NCBI GenBank assembly: GCA_033178465.1
Contig: GCA_033178465.1_4726.3
Length of the DNA stretch: 38,683 bases
Origin: a phage
Direction: 5' to 3' (one strand)
The notes under the pieces are model-generated. The model had not been told where the DNA came from and did no database searches. It saw only the letters and a program-made list of their open reading frames with translations. A program made the translations under genes and the position numbers. Numbering within the stretch: the first letter of the stretch is position 1; each line of letters starts with the position of its first letter. Shown here piece by piece: positions 9,832-19,152 of the stretch.

Positions 9832-12426
9832 TCACTCACCTTTGATTGTGTAAAACTTCGTGAAGTCCACGCGATCTTTCAAGAACTCACGACTGACGCG
9901 TTCTAAGAACCGCAGTTGTTTAACCGTAACTTCGAGCGGCGTCCAACTATCGTGTGGATGAATAGAGACCATCCGCCAATCGTAATTACGTAACGCAGGA
10001 TCGTAGTCATAGAACCATTTATACGGCTCCATGAAATCCATCAGTTTAACGTCCTGCATATCAGGATCGGGATCGATAACACCGTTGATAAGATCGTACG
10101 TTACAGCCATCAACGTTGGGCTGATAAGCTGGTATTTGTTTTCAATCGTTACCGGCGTATCGTACTTCACACGAGGGAAATACAAGGACATATAGTCTTC
10201 AACGCGTTTATCGGTTTCAAGACTTTTGTCGCGTAGATAATACGTGTCTGTGTTCACGAGACCACGGATAGGGGCAATAACATGGTAAATCGCATAAGGC
10301 ACCCCATCGTTGACTTTGATGTCGGCAGGGTATTGCGTGTCCTCTGCGGTAACCACTTCGCTACGATCGTAAATGCGTCCACCAACCACAATACGAACAA
10401 CATGGTCGTCACGAACATTGAACACGTCGTCGTAAGAAAGCTGATTATGCATCGTCCAACCGGTATCGTAAACGGTTTCACCGGTTAAGTCCGTACGTGG
10501 AAAACCAGTACATCTCACGGTAACCGTGTGCGTGTTCCCTTCACTGAAATACCGTTTCGCGTTGATCACGATCGTTGGCCATTTTACGATGTAATCGATA
10601 TCGCGCACCAAGCTGTAGCTTTTGGTTGCTCGCTCGTCACCTAACCATACTTCGATTTGACCAGGTTCGAAAGGCAGCGGATATTCAACATCAATACCCG
10701 TCGTAACATCCAACCATACGGTGTGGTTACGATGTTGTATTGTGGTCTTATACGCTAAGAAGTAGGTGTCGAACAATACTAAACCGGTTTGCTTTCTTCC
10801 ATCCAGCGACCATTTTATTACCCCGTTCTCTTCCGTTACCACAGAAGCATCGTCGGTAACATCCTTCCAGGTGTTCGCAACAGGTTGTCCGTTACGAAGG
10901 TTTACGCTATAACAGCGGTAACTCGCCCATTCACGGATTGGGACGTCGGCAACACCCATCACGTAATCAAGCGTTCTCCCACCAACACCCGATCGACCCT
11001 CAACATAGGACGTGGTTTCATATTGCGGATAAAAATGTCGGCCTGCCGGATGTTGCGTGATACCCAATAATAGACCGTCACTGTCGTACTCAAAGAACGT
11101 CGCATTTGCACGCAAACCCCATGGTACTTCAGCGGTAGGGGTACCCATATCGTCAGTAACGCGTTGTGGACTATCTGCAACCAGTTTTGCCATCGCGTTA
11201 TACCCGTAAGCGGAGGTCACCATGTCGATCGTGATATTGCTTTCCTTATTACGCATGATGCGCGTATAATCACTGGCTTCAAGGGTACGTGCAAAGAACT
11301 CAGGTATATTCGCGTTCTGTTCTAACATTGCACCGACGATGACGTCGTCTGGAAGTTTATACAATTCGTGGATGCGGTTATGTTCGAAGGTTAACTGCGT
11401 TTTCAAACCACTATCACGGACAACCACTTCCAGGGTTAAATCACGAAGCGATTCTGCTCCATCAACCCGTTCAACGAAGTAGCTGACATAATCAACAGGA
11501 ATCCCGTAATCACGATGCGTGAGCATGCGGATACTATTTTCCTGGTTGGTATGGTAATAACGCCCTTTTCCATTAGGGCCTTTCACGTAGATATCAACAT
11601 CATCACGATACCGGATTTTAGTATCAGCTTCATCTTTCGGCGGATGAATAAGATACTTCACTTTTTTGTCAAGATCGCTGTTGTACGTTTTAAGATCTTC
11701 TACACGGAAGCTGTACCGATGAACAACTGTGCCATCATAGATGACCTGAATGCTATCGCCGATCTTAAAACTTGACGGTGGGATGTCTTCAACCGCTTCA
11801 CCATTGATACTGCAGTGCGTCCAACCGATTCCGGTTTCCTGGATCTTTTTACGCCAGGCGTATAGCTGACGCTGCCACTGTAGAACCTGTGTCGAGCTGG
11901 TTACAATCCCCCCAAGGACATGCACTTCACGCCCCGTCGGTTTCGTGTATGACGGATAGCCTTCTGCGAAGTCAGCGTTGAGATAAGTGCGCCAGTAATA
12001 ATCACCAACGCCAAGATCGGCGATATTCGGTTGGTCGAGCACACAGACCAGCATCGTTTCGTTTTCCAGATTACCCGTCCACGTTAATGTCAGCGGGAAT
12101 TCTTTACCGTCCTCGGTGTAGATGTTGTAATACGATCCCTTTACTTCACAGAACTTGCTGAGTTCTCGCCACCACAACCGCCCAGCCCCGACATTAAAAT
12201 CCTCTCCCATGTGTCGTCCAATAACAAACACGTGGAACGTATTCGTATCGTCAGGAAGATTGAATGTACGATGCCAAGCCGTAAAGTTTTTTACTGCGCC
12301 GGTCTTTCCGGTAATACGACGCATCTTGATACGATGCTGGTTGTCCATTAATGGACGGCAGTTCACATTCAGCGCAGCATGATTTATCAAGTATTGCGCT
12401 GTAGGATTAGAAGCGTTCAACACCAC
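9832..12426 (-). CDS. hypothetical protein, probable virion structural protein (864 aa)
   Basis: Long ORF. The start is a GTG at 12424-12426 preceded by GGAGG at 6-nt spacing; the first in-frame ATG (12348) lacks an SD. Overlaps the upstream gene by 20 nt. Confidence 0.55.
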   Translation of the reverse strand: MVLNASNPTAQYLINHAALNVNCRPLMDNQHRIKMRRITGKTGAVKNFTAWHRTFNLPDDTNTFHVFVIGRHMGEDFNVGAGRLWWRELSKFCEVKGSYYNIYTEDGKEFPLTLTWTGNLENETMLVCVLDQPNIADLGVGDYYWRTYLNADFAEGYPSYTKPTGREVHVLGGIVTSSTQVLQWQRQLYAWRKKIQETGIGWTHCSINGEAVEDIPPSSFKIGDSIQVIYDGTVVHRYSFRVEDLKTYNSDLDKKVKYLIHPPKDEADTKIRYRDDVDIYVKGPNGKGRYYHTNQENSIRMLTHRDYGIPVDYVSYFVERVDGAESLRDLTLEVVVRDSGLKTQLTFEHNRIHELYKLPDDVIVGAMLEQNANIPEFFARTLEASDYTRIMRNKESNITIDMVTSAYGYNAMAKLVADSPQRVTDDMGTPTAEVPWGLRANATFFEYDSDGLLLGITQHPAGRHFYPQYETTSYVEGRSGVGGRTLDYVMGVADVPIREWASYRCYSVNLRNGQPVANTWKDVTDDASVVTEENGVIKWSLDGRKQTGLVLFDTYFLAYKTTIQHRNHTVWLDVTTGIDVEYPLPFEPGQIEVWLGDERATKSYSLVRDIDYIVKWPTIVINAKRYFSEGNTHTVTVRCTGFPRTDLTGETVYDTGWTMHNQLSYDDVFNVRDDHVVRIVVGGRIYDRSEVVTAEDTQYPADIKVNDGVPYAIYHVIAPIRGLVNTDTYYLRDKSLETDKRVEDYMSLYFPRVKYDTPVTIENKYQLISPTLMAVTYDLINGVIDPDPDMQDVKLMDFMEPYKWFYDYDPALRNYDWRMVSIHPHDSWTPLEVTVKQLRFLERVSREFLKDRVDFTKFYTIKGE

Positions 12427-13354
12427 GGCATGCCTCCAGGAGGTATTTCATGTTGGCTTGGAAATCATTGACGTCACGCGCCATACGACGCTGATCCGCC
12501 ATGAGACGAGCCAACACGGTATCACGGTAACCACGATCGTGGTCGGCAGCAGAGCATAAAAGAATAAATGTTGGTGGATGCTCTAAAGCAATCCCAGCAA
12601 CTTCTTTACTATAACCCCCAACCCAGCTGTAAGCGGTGATTTCAAACAACAACGCTTGGGTTAACGTGTTCAAACGGGGACTAATATTACTTTCTTTTAA
12701 TGCTGTTACGAAAGCTGCCATGTTAGGGATATAACCCAGGTTTTCGGTTACGATACCGATGCTTGCAAAATCATAACGAAGCGTTGTCTGGATGGTGCGC
12801 ACCATAGTTAGTCTTTCATTATTTGTAAGGCTATCTTTAAACAAGCAAAGATAATACCATGCTGTTATGATGGCAACATCACGACGTTGTTGAAGGTCCA
12901 GCCCTAAACGCTGTGTGATTTGTCCGCTAATCCAATCACAAAAGACACGCATCGGGATAGGGCCAAGACGTTCAAAAGGGCGTGTGCCCAAGGATTCCCA
13001 TCCTACCTGAAGATACGCACGTGATTGAAGAAAGTTATATTCACGTTCGTTAACAACGGTAGTACGCGATCCTGGGCGTGAAGTATCTGTTGGGGTGCGC
13101 GCGTAAGCGCGTTGATCGATAACAACGCGCTGTCCGTCCATCACTGTTTTAATGACCAACGGATGACCAAAAGAAGGTATATCGTCCAACGTATTTTTGT
13201 TGCCGATGACTTCGAGAACGGGAGTGTTTACGCCACTTTCTTCACCGGGTGCACTTAACAATCCGCCGACGTAAGCAACTTCGATAGCGGTTCGGATACG
13301 GTCAATGCCTTTTAGTTTTGTTCCAACAGTTGTGTCGTAAGGAGAGATGAACAT
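12407..13354 (-). CDS. hypothetical protein (315 aa)
   Basis: ORF with ATG at 13352-13354 and AAGGA about 8 nt upstream; first gene of the minus-strand block leaving the divergent region. Confidence 0.6.
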   Translation of the reverse strand: MFISPYDTTVGTKLKGIDRIRTAIEVAYVGGLLSAPGEESGVNTPVLEVIGNKNTLDDIPSFGHPLVIKTVMDGQRVVIDQRAYARTPTDTSRPGSRTTVVNEREYNFLQSRAYLQVGWESLGTRPFERLGPIPMRVFCDWISGQITQRLGLDLQQRRDVAIITAWYYLCLFKDSLTNNERLTMVRTIQTTLRYDFASIGIVTENLGYIPNMAAFVTALKESNISPRLNTLTQALLFEITAYSWVGGYSKEVAGIALEHPPTFILLCSAADHDRGYRDTVLARLMADQRRMARDVNDFQANMKYLLEACRGVERF

Positions 13355-13497
13355 ATGTAATTCCTTTATTACGGCATATAAGAAAACGGGTTAAGCACAC
13401 AGATTTATGCATAATTGTAATATTTTACGTTATGCCTATGACATTGTGTCACGTGTGCAATTATGTCATACAATTTCCTTAAATTAAGGAGAGTTCC
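13355..13497. promoter_or_regulatory. divergent intergenic control region
   Basis: 143-bp AT-rich non-coding region between divergently transcribed genes. Contains the inverted pair ATGACAT (13438..13444) / ATGTCAT (13463..13469) flanking CACGTG (13450..13455), and TACAAT (13469..13474) 24 nt upstream of the sheath ATG. Confidence 0.3.
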
Positions 13498-15570
13498 ATG
13501 AGGCTTAAGAATAGCACGCCTCGCGCGATTTTTACGGGCTTTAAAGAGGGTCTTACCACGGATCCGGTTACAGCCCCAGAGATCACGCCCATTCACCTCC
13601 CGTATGTTTTCATTCAGGGTGGTCGTGGTAAAGAGGACACCTTGCTGTTAACAGGGGACGCCCTGTCTACAGTCTACGGTGAAGATATGCTGAACTACCG
13701 CAGTAAGTACGCTTCTCCGGCAACACTGATTGCTCGCCAGGCTGCTTCTACAGGTAGCGCGATCTTCACAAAACGTTTGGTTGCGCCGGATGCAACGGCA
13801 GCACGCATCCGTATCGGTGTTGAAGTGGTCGCCGATAAACTGGTCGTTTACCAGCGTAACGCTGACGGGTCCTTTATGAAGGACACGCTCGGCAACAAAA
13901 TCCCTGACGGCGATAAAACCGTTGACGGGTTGAAAATGCGTTGGGTTGTTAACCACGACAAAGATGCCGAAACACCTAATGCTTTCGGTAAAGATGAAGT
14001 GGTTCTCGGACAACTGACTGCAACGGATGGTGCCCAGAGCAACTACTATCCTATTCTGGATGGAATGGTGAGCTGGCGTGGTGCTGAAGGGGACAACATC
14101 GGCTTACGTCTGGAAGCACCGACCGCGCTGAGCAGCAACCCTACCCGTACCGATATCATCGAACGTATCGGTGCTTTCCTGTACCGCATTCAGTTCGTGG
14201 AACGCAAGTCTTCACGTACTGCGCCGACGGTCATTCGTACGATCAGCGGTATGGAACAAGAAACCTTCGCGTTGCAGGAAGGTGTTATCCAGCCTGATGA
14301 CGAAACCGATCTGTCCTTCGGTAAAGTGGTCGTTGATGCCTACGAGTATAATGAGACGGGTAATACCCCGATCTTTGCTCCGATGGATCAGATGCATCTT
14401 TATCAGAAGAACATCGACGAAGTCGTCAAGAAGCTGTACGAATCTGAAAGCAAAGTTAACAACGATCTGTTAACCGACGTCGAATTCGTCGAAGGCCAGA
14501 TGAACATCTTCACCGGTGTTGATTACAACGGCATTCCGTATCAAACCATCGAAGTTCTCGATGCGGATCAGGGTGGTGCTATCTTCGACGGTACCAGCAC
14601 CTTCTACGCAATCGATGGTAGTGACGGTGACGTAAACTGGGATACCTTCGATGCGTTAGCGAAACAGCAGTTCGAATCGTTCGGCAACATGGGCGAAGAT
14701 CTGGAAGATATGGCTTTCTATCCGTTCTCCATCGTGTATGACATTGGTTACAAAGTCGACACGAAGAAAGCGATGGCAAACGTCTTGTCTCTGCGTCCGG
14801 ATGTCATGATCATTGCGTCAACCCATACCTGGAAGGGTGTGGAACTGAATGTCGATGAAGAAAGCTCCATGGGTGCAATGCTGCGTAACTACTATCGTCT
14901 GCATCCAGAAAGCGTGCTTTACAATACCCCAGCTTGCCGTGCTGCGGTATTCATGCAATACGGTGAAAGCATCGAAGCGCCAAGCCTGGGTAAAGTTCCG
15001 TTGACGCTGGAAGTTGCGAATAAACTTGCAACTTACATGGGTGCTTCGGATGGTGTTATCCGTGGTACTCGCATCGATAACAACCCTGGTAACGTTGTCA
15101 CAACGATGCGTAAAATCAACAAGACGTATCGTAACGCAACGGTCCGTGATCGTGATTGGGAAAACGGCTTGAACTATGTTCAGACCTACAACCGTAATTC
15201 CAACTTCTTCCCGGCTTGGGGCACGATCTACAATAACGACCGTTCGGTATGGCGTTCGTTGATCAACGTGATCATCGGTTGCGATCTGACTCGTGTCTGC
15301 TATCGTCTCTGGGCAGAAACCACCGGTACAACAGGAATGGATGAAACCCTGTTCCTGAAACTGATGGGCGAACGCTTCCTGGAATACACCACGGGTCGTT
15401 ACAACGACCACGTGACTGTTAAGGGACGTTTCTACCTGGATAAAGAAGACGGCTATAACGGCTTCAGCTATCATGGTGATATCAGCCTGATCGGCGATCC
15501 AGGCATGACCGTGGGTACGTTTACCATCACCGGGCTGCGTCGTAACACCGAAGCAGCAGAAGCGGCGTAA
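13498..15570 (+). CDS. putative contractile tail sheath protein (690 aa)
   Basis: Strong SD (AAGGAGAG, 5-nt spacing); codon usage strongly biased toward highly-expressed codons (CGT, GGT, CTG, AAC); size and position directly upstream of a ~300-aa gene fit the sheath-tube pair of phiKZ-like myoviruses. The function is inferred from size and context, not from a motif. Confidence 0.5.
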   Translation: MRLKNSTPRAIFTGFKEGLTTDPVTAPEITPIHLPYVFIQGGRGKEDTLLLTGDALSTVYGEDMLNYRSKYASPATLIARQAASTGSAIFTKRLVAPDATAARIRIGVEVVADKLVVYQRNADGSFMKDTLGNKIPDGDKTVDGLKMRWVVNHDKDAETPNAFGKDEVVLGQLTATDGAQSNYYPILDGMVSWRGAEGDNIGLRLEAPTALSSNPTRTDIIERIGAFLYRIQFVERKSSRTAPTVIRTISGMEQETFALQEGVIQPDDETDLSFGKVVVDAYEYNETGNTPIFAPMDQMHLYQKNIDEVVKKLYESESKVNNDLLTDVEFVEGQMNIFTGVDYNGIPYQTIEVLDADQGGAIFDGTSTFYAIDGSDGDVNWDTFDALAKQQFESFGNMGEDLEDMAFYPFSIVYDIGYKVDTKKAMANVLSLRPDVMIIASTHTWKGVELNVDEESSMGAMLRNYYRLHPESVLYNTPACRAAVFMQYGESIEAPSLGKVPLTLEVANKLATYMGASDGVIRGTRIDNNPGNVVTTMRKINKTYRNATVRDRDWENGLNYVQTYNRNSNFFPAWGTIYNNDRSVWRSLINVIIGCDLTRVCYRLWAETTGTTGMDETLFLKLMGERFLEYTTGRYNDHVTVKGRFYLDKEDGYNGFSYHGDISLIGDPGMTVGTFTITGLRRNTEAAEAA

Positions 15571-15585
15571 TGAGAGGAGTCCATA

Positions 15586-16476
15586 ATGCGTCCTGATAAT
15601 ACCCTACTCGGTGAACAGGGTGTTGGTGCTCTTAGCAACGCGGCTATGGTCGATATTCGTGCAGGTGCCCAAAACGGGTACATCAGCAATATCGGTACGT
15701 ACGTTGCTAACGCCAACTACATTCCGAACCAAATGTTCTGCCTCCTGCTGGAGGCACCACGTGGTTTCAACTATCTACCTAACCCGGATGTCCAGATCGG
15801 TTATCTGAAGGCGCTGGTAGAAGAGGTTGCGCATTCGATTACCGGTCTGCAACGTGGACTGGAAGTTGAATTCGTTAGCGTCCCGGTTTCTGGTTCCGGT
15901 GAAATCCAGGAAGAAGTCTCTGACGTTAAACGTCCTCGCTCTAACCCGACTTTCGGGATCTATGAGAAAGAAGGTCGTTCCGTTAGTTACTTCCTGGAAC
16001 AATGGATCACGTATCTGTTGATGGATCCGGATGCCAAATATCCGATGTTGTCGTCTATCGTATCCACCGGTGGTCCAACCGACCTGCTGGCGGATTATCG
16101 TAGCGCAACCATGCTGTTCGTTGAGCCAGACCGTCAACACAAGAAAGTGGTTAACGCCTGGCTGTGCACGAACATGATGCCTCACGGTACCGGTGACTGG
16201 ACATCACGTCGTAACAAGAACGATGCGCCAAACGTGGTAGAATTGAGCATTCAGTTCACTGCGCTAACGCAGACCAACTACGGCGTGCGTGCTTTCGCAC
16301 AACGTCTGCTGGATAAGATGAACCTGCTCAAAGTGAACCCGGATTTCCGTCCGGCTTATCTGAGCGACATCGATCCTGCTGTGGCAGCGCAGAAGGTTGG
16401 CTATACCTTCGACTTTGATAACAACGATACCTTTGAGGTACCGAATACTTATCAAAACGTAACACCTCGCGTGTAA
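15586..16476 (+). CDS. putative tail tube protein (296 aa)
   Basis: Starts 15 nt after the sheath stop with SD GAGAGGAG; same codon bias; followed by a strong terminator. The function is inferred from context. Confidence 0.45.
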   Translation: MRPDNTLLGEQGVGALSNAAMVDIRAGAQNGYISNIGTYVANANYIPNQMFCLLLEAPRGFNYLPNPDVQIGYLKALVEEVAHSITGLQRGLEVEFVSVPVSGSGEIQEEVSDVKRPRSNPTFGIYEKEGRSVSYFLEQWITYLLMDPDAKYPMLSSIVSTGGPTDLLADYRSATMLFVEPDRQHKKVVNAWLCTNMMPHGTGDWTSRRNKNDAPNVVELSIQFTALTQTNYGVRAFAQRLLDKMNLLKVNPDFRPAYLSDIDPAVAAQKVGYTFDFDNNDTFEVPNTYQNVTPRV

Positions 16477-16501
16477 CGTAAAAAAAAAGCATATTAACCA
16501 C

Positions 16502-16538
16502 CCTTCCTTCCCTAGCCGTCAAGGCCGGGGAAGGAAGG
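16502..16538. terminator. bidirectional intrinsic terminator CCTTCCTTCCC-(15 nt)-GGGAAGGAAGG
   Basis: Perfect 11-bp stem; A9 run upstream (16480..16488) and TTTATGGTTTATTT downstream, giving a U-tract on both strands; placed between convergent genes ending at 16476 (+) and 16551 (-). Confidence 0.6.
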
Positions 16539-16550
16539 TTTATGGTTTAT

Positions 16551-17090
16551 TTACTGTGTGTTCTTAGCTTCACGAATGAAAATAACATCAGGATATTCTT
16601 GGGATTCAATGAATTCAGGATTACGATAACGACGAATATGACGCATCGTTGTACAAGCAAGTTTGTAAAGATGTTCCTCCTCACGTTGTGTTAATAACAT
16701 CAGTTGCGCGTCTGGAATCACGAATGGGAGTCTTTCATTCACATATTCTCGAAGGTCATCGAGATCATCGTGATGAATGCCCTCTGAGAGCTTATATAAC
16801 GCTTCCAGCAATTCTAATCCACCGAACTGGTAACTTCCTATTGTCGTCGTAAACAATGCGCCAGAACGCGTGGTGGATGCTCTATCGGCGACATCGTATT
16901 GTTCTAACATATATCCGTAGACCATGCTACGTCGATCCAGTGTATCCGTAACGAGATTACGCCACCGTTCCAATCTTTCGAGCGCCTTGTCGATAGAGTA
17001 AACGATCATGCCATGTTCATCCAACTCTTCCGCAATACCCAATAGTTCATTGTTGTTAGGTTTTGCTGCACCGATAAGAAAAACACTCAT
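16551..17090 (-). CDS. hypothetical protein (179 aa)
   Basis: ORF with ATG at 17088-17090 and AAGGAG 9 nt upstream; start overlaps the stop of the upstream gene (TAATG). N-terminus MSVFLIGAAK looks like the first strand of a Rossmann-like fold; the function is unknown. Confidence 0.6.
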   Translation of the reverse strand: MSVFLIGAAKPNNNELLGIAEELDEHGMIVYSIDKALERLERWRNLVTDTLDRRSMVYGYMLEQYDVADRASTTRSGALFTTTIGSYQFGGLELLEALYKLSEGIHHDDLDDLREYVNERLPFVIPDAQLMLLTQREEEHLYKLACTTMRHIRRYRNPEFIESQEYPDVIFIREAKNTQ

Positions 17091-17503
17091 TACTCAAACT
17101 CCTTATTCCAAAACTCGATTAATGAATCGAGCTGTTCCTTACTGGTTATCTCACCTCCCCTAACAAAATGAAATCGTTCTTGAATGGCGATCTTTTCAAG
17201 GATATCGGTAAGCAAATGACGGTGACAGAAATTTCCTGCAGGACAATAACACCCTAACACCACAACCGGATGGGAGAATAAAGCCAACCATTCCGATGTA
17301 TGATCAACAAAGCTTTTGCGCATAAGCGCGTAGTAGCCTGTGGTATATTCATCCTCGGTTAACGTTTTTGATTTGATTCCTGTAACAAGTTCCCATGAAG
17401 GTGCGAAGAGCGGGTTACCTGTTTTCACCGTCGTGTCCAGTAGGAACGCTCGTGTGTCTGAAAGCCAACGATATTTGGCTAATTGAAGGGTGTATAAAAA
17501 CAC
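17090..17503 (-). CDS. DUF488-like small protein (about 137 aa, start uncertain)
   Basis: C-terminal VVLGCYCPAGNFCHRHLL matches my recollection of the LLCxC...CHR signature of DUF488 proteins, and LLDTTVKTGNPLFAPSWEL resembles the upstream DUF488 segment. The track start is GTG at 17503 with only a weak GGGG upstream; the first in-frame ATG is at about residue 61. Confidence 0.5.
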   Translation of the reverse strand: MFLYTLQLAKYRWLSDTRAFLLDTTVKTGNPLFAPSWELVTGIKSKTLTEDEYTTGYYALMRKSFVDHTSEWLALFSHPVVVLGCYCPAGNFCHRHLLTDILEKIAIQERFHFVRGGEITSKEQLDSLIEFWNKEFE

Positions 17504-17520
17504 AGCGCTAACCCCAAAGG

Positions 17521-17580
17521 ATAAAAATAAAACCTTGACATAACCACCACCGCAACCCCATACAGGGCTACGGTGGGGTC
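17521..17580 (-). terminator. candidate terminator after the 159-aa gene
   Basis: GC-rich imperfect hairpin (ACCCCA...TGGGGT or CCACCG...CGGTGG), followed on the minus strand by UUAUGUCAAGGUUUUAUUUUUAU. Confidence 0.35.
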
Positions 17581-17606
17581 ATACAGAGAGACGTGTTAAG
17601 TTACAA

Positions 17607-18086
17607 TCAGTCTTTCAGCAGCTCAGCCGCATACGCACTGATGTTGTCGCGAATATGCTTAACCTGAGTTGTTGGGAAAGATTTCTTATACGCGGTAGTC
17701 AGGCGTCCGTAAACCTGTTTCTTCTCGTTAGAGCCGAAACCAACTTCAGCGCTGCGCTGAACCGTTGCGGACACAACGTCTTTGCCCAGCGGCAGTGTTA
17801 CAGAAACAACGTCAACCTGCTTGTTATCCGCCATGAACTGCGCGCCAACGCGACCTACCGCCAGACCATGAGCCAGACCGATATCGGTGGTCAGTTTCTG
17901 TGCTTTTTCCAGGATTTCTTTTTCTTCCGGCGTTACCAGAGTACCCAGGAAATCACTACCTAACTTCTGGCTACCAGATTCGTCCAGTTTAATACCAGCG
18001 GCGATTTTATCAGAAAGAGCCTGAACTTCCGGACGTACGTTAGAAGTGGTTTCAGTCGCTACGGTGGTTTCTACAGCTTCAGACAT
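17607..18086 (-). CDS. hypothetical abundant protein (159 aa)
   Basis: ATG at 18084-18086 with GGAG upstream; codon usage as strongly optimised as the sheath and tube genes; monocistronic, with hairpins on both sides. Confidence 0.65.
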   Translation of the reverse strand: MSEAVETTVATETTSNVRPEVQALSDKIAAGIKLDESGSQKLGSDFLGTLVTPEEKEILEKAQKLTTDIGLAHGLAVGRVGAQFMADNKQVDVVSVTLPLGKDVVSATVQRSAEVGFGSNEKKQVYGRLTTAYKKSFPTTQVKHIRDNISAYAAELLKD

Positions 18087-18221
18087 GTTAATACTCCAAT
18101 TAGTTTTTTCGATCGATCAAAAGGATAAAATCAGAAGATTCTTTCTTCATAGGGAAAACACAAGTCGGTTAAGGTTTACTTCTTAAACTCCTTGCGTTCT
18201 ATCAGTTAGGTAATATAGACC

Positions 18222-19022
18222 TCAACTTTTTTCCAATAATGCCGCAACGTTCCGTGCGAAGCGAATCACCTTGTAATTGCGGGTCTGTTTGATATCTTCT
18301 TCCCCATCACTGTCACCTTCAGACGGATCTTCCCACATGAAGTCTTGTTCGTCCGCTTTCTGTAAGTAGCGGTATAACTGCACCATGCTGCGTGCGGTCG
18401 GAGAGATAGCGCGAAGCTCATCCAATTCTTCATCCGTGAGCAGAACATGCGGTGAACGCAGTGGTTCCATCGTCGTATTACACAACAGACGAATCAGCAG
18501 ATCGACACACGGAATAACAGAACCTGGTGAGGCGATTTCCGGATGTAACGTATAACCCCAATATACGGTGTTAAAATACGTCAAAACAGCAGGTAGTGAC
18601 GGATGTTCCATCGCACGGCCAATTTGTTGTCTTACGATAGATGCACGATCGTTCAATACATCGAAAGTAATCTGCTGCGGTTCCATAACCGCAAGTGAAA
18701 TACCGTATGCGTCAGCCACCCCCAGGATTTCATGGAGGGTCGAACGCTCTTCTTCGGCGGATATTGTCCCGATTGCTTTACGTCCTGCAAGGTCGATCAG
18801 CATCGGTGAAACAGCTTCTTTAACCGCATTAAAAGAAGCCTGGTAAGCGTGTTTATGAATATACAGTGTCCACGCTAATGCGCGCTCAGCCGCATGAAGC
18901 AGATCGACATATGACAGTTCTTGATGGCATGGGCCATACACACTCACAGCAAGCTTGGTGGCTTTCTCAGAGGCTTGCATAATAACATCTGGTGATTTAG
19001 GCATATCGCGTTCTTCTTGCAT
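18222..19022 (-). CDS. hypothetical protein (266 aa)
   Basis: ORF with ATG at 19020-19022 and AGGA upstream; acidic C-terminal tail (EDPSEGDSDGEED). Confidence 0.6.
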   Translation of the reverse strand: MQEERDMPKSPDVIMQASEKATKLAVSVYGPCHQELSYVDLLHAAERALAWTLYIHKHAYQASFNAVKEAVSPMLIDLAGRKAIGTISAEEERSTLHEILGVADAYGISLAVMEPQQITFDVLNDRASIVRQQIGRAMEHPSLPAVLTYFNTVYWGYTLHPEIASPGSVIPCVDLLIRLLCNTTMEPLRSPHVLLTDEELDELRAISPTARSMVQLYRYLQKADEQDFMWEDPSEGDSDGEEDIKQTRNYKVIRFARNVAALLEKS

Positions 19023-19124
19023 CTTTTAAATTCCTACTTAACAATAAAGTTCATATACGGCGTATGTATCCGTAGAATAATGGGTTCTGGTAAGATCTTA
19101 CATCAAAATGACGGCATAAAAAGT

Positions 19125-19152
19125 ACCTCCTTACCCACATGGGTAAGGAGGT
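19125..19152 (-). terminator. intrinsic terminator ACCTCCTTACCC-ACAT-GGGTAAGGAGGT
   Basis: Perfect 12-bp stem with 4-nt loop; on the minus strand it is followed by ACUUUUUAUGCC; lies within a 280-bp non-coding gap between the 269-aa and 266-aa genes. Confidence 0.55.

Noticed and set aside
12407-13354. Possibility that the 315-aa protein is a PhuZ-type tubulin
   Set aside because: No GGGTGSG-type nucleotide-binding loop in the translation.
13405-13596. 63-aa minus-strand ORF across the sheath promoter region and start
   Set aside because: Overlaps the strongly supported sheath start and the regulatory region; arginine-rich translation typical of AT-rich non-coding sequence.
14818-15474. 218-aa minus-strand ORF inside the sheath gene, and 136-aa ORF (15775..16185) inside the tube gene
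   Set aside because: Antisense to highly codon-optimised genes. Long antisense open frames are expected by chance when the sense strand avoids certain codons.
13498-15570. Possibility that the 690-aa protein is a phage-nucleus shell protein (chimallin) or major capsid protein rather than the tail sheath
   Set aside because: Size is compatible with either, but being immediately followed by a co-expressed ~300-aa gene and a strong terminator fits a sheath-tube pair better. Not excluded without a profile search.
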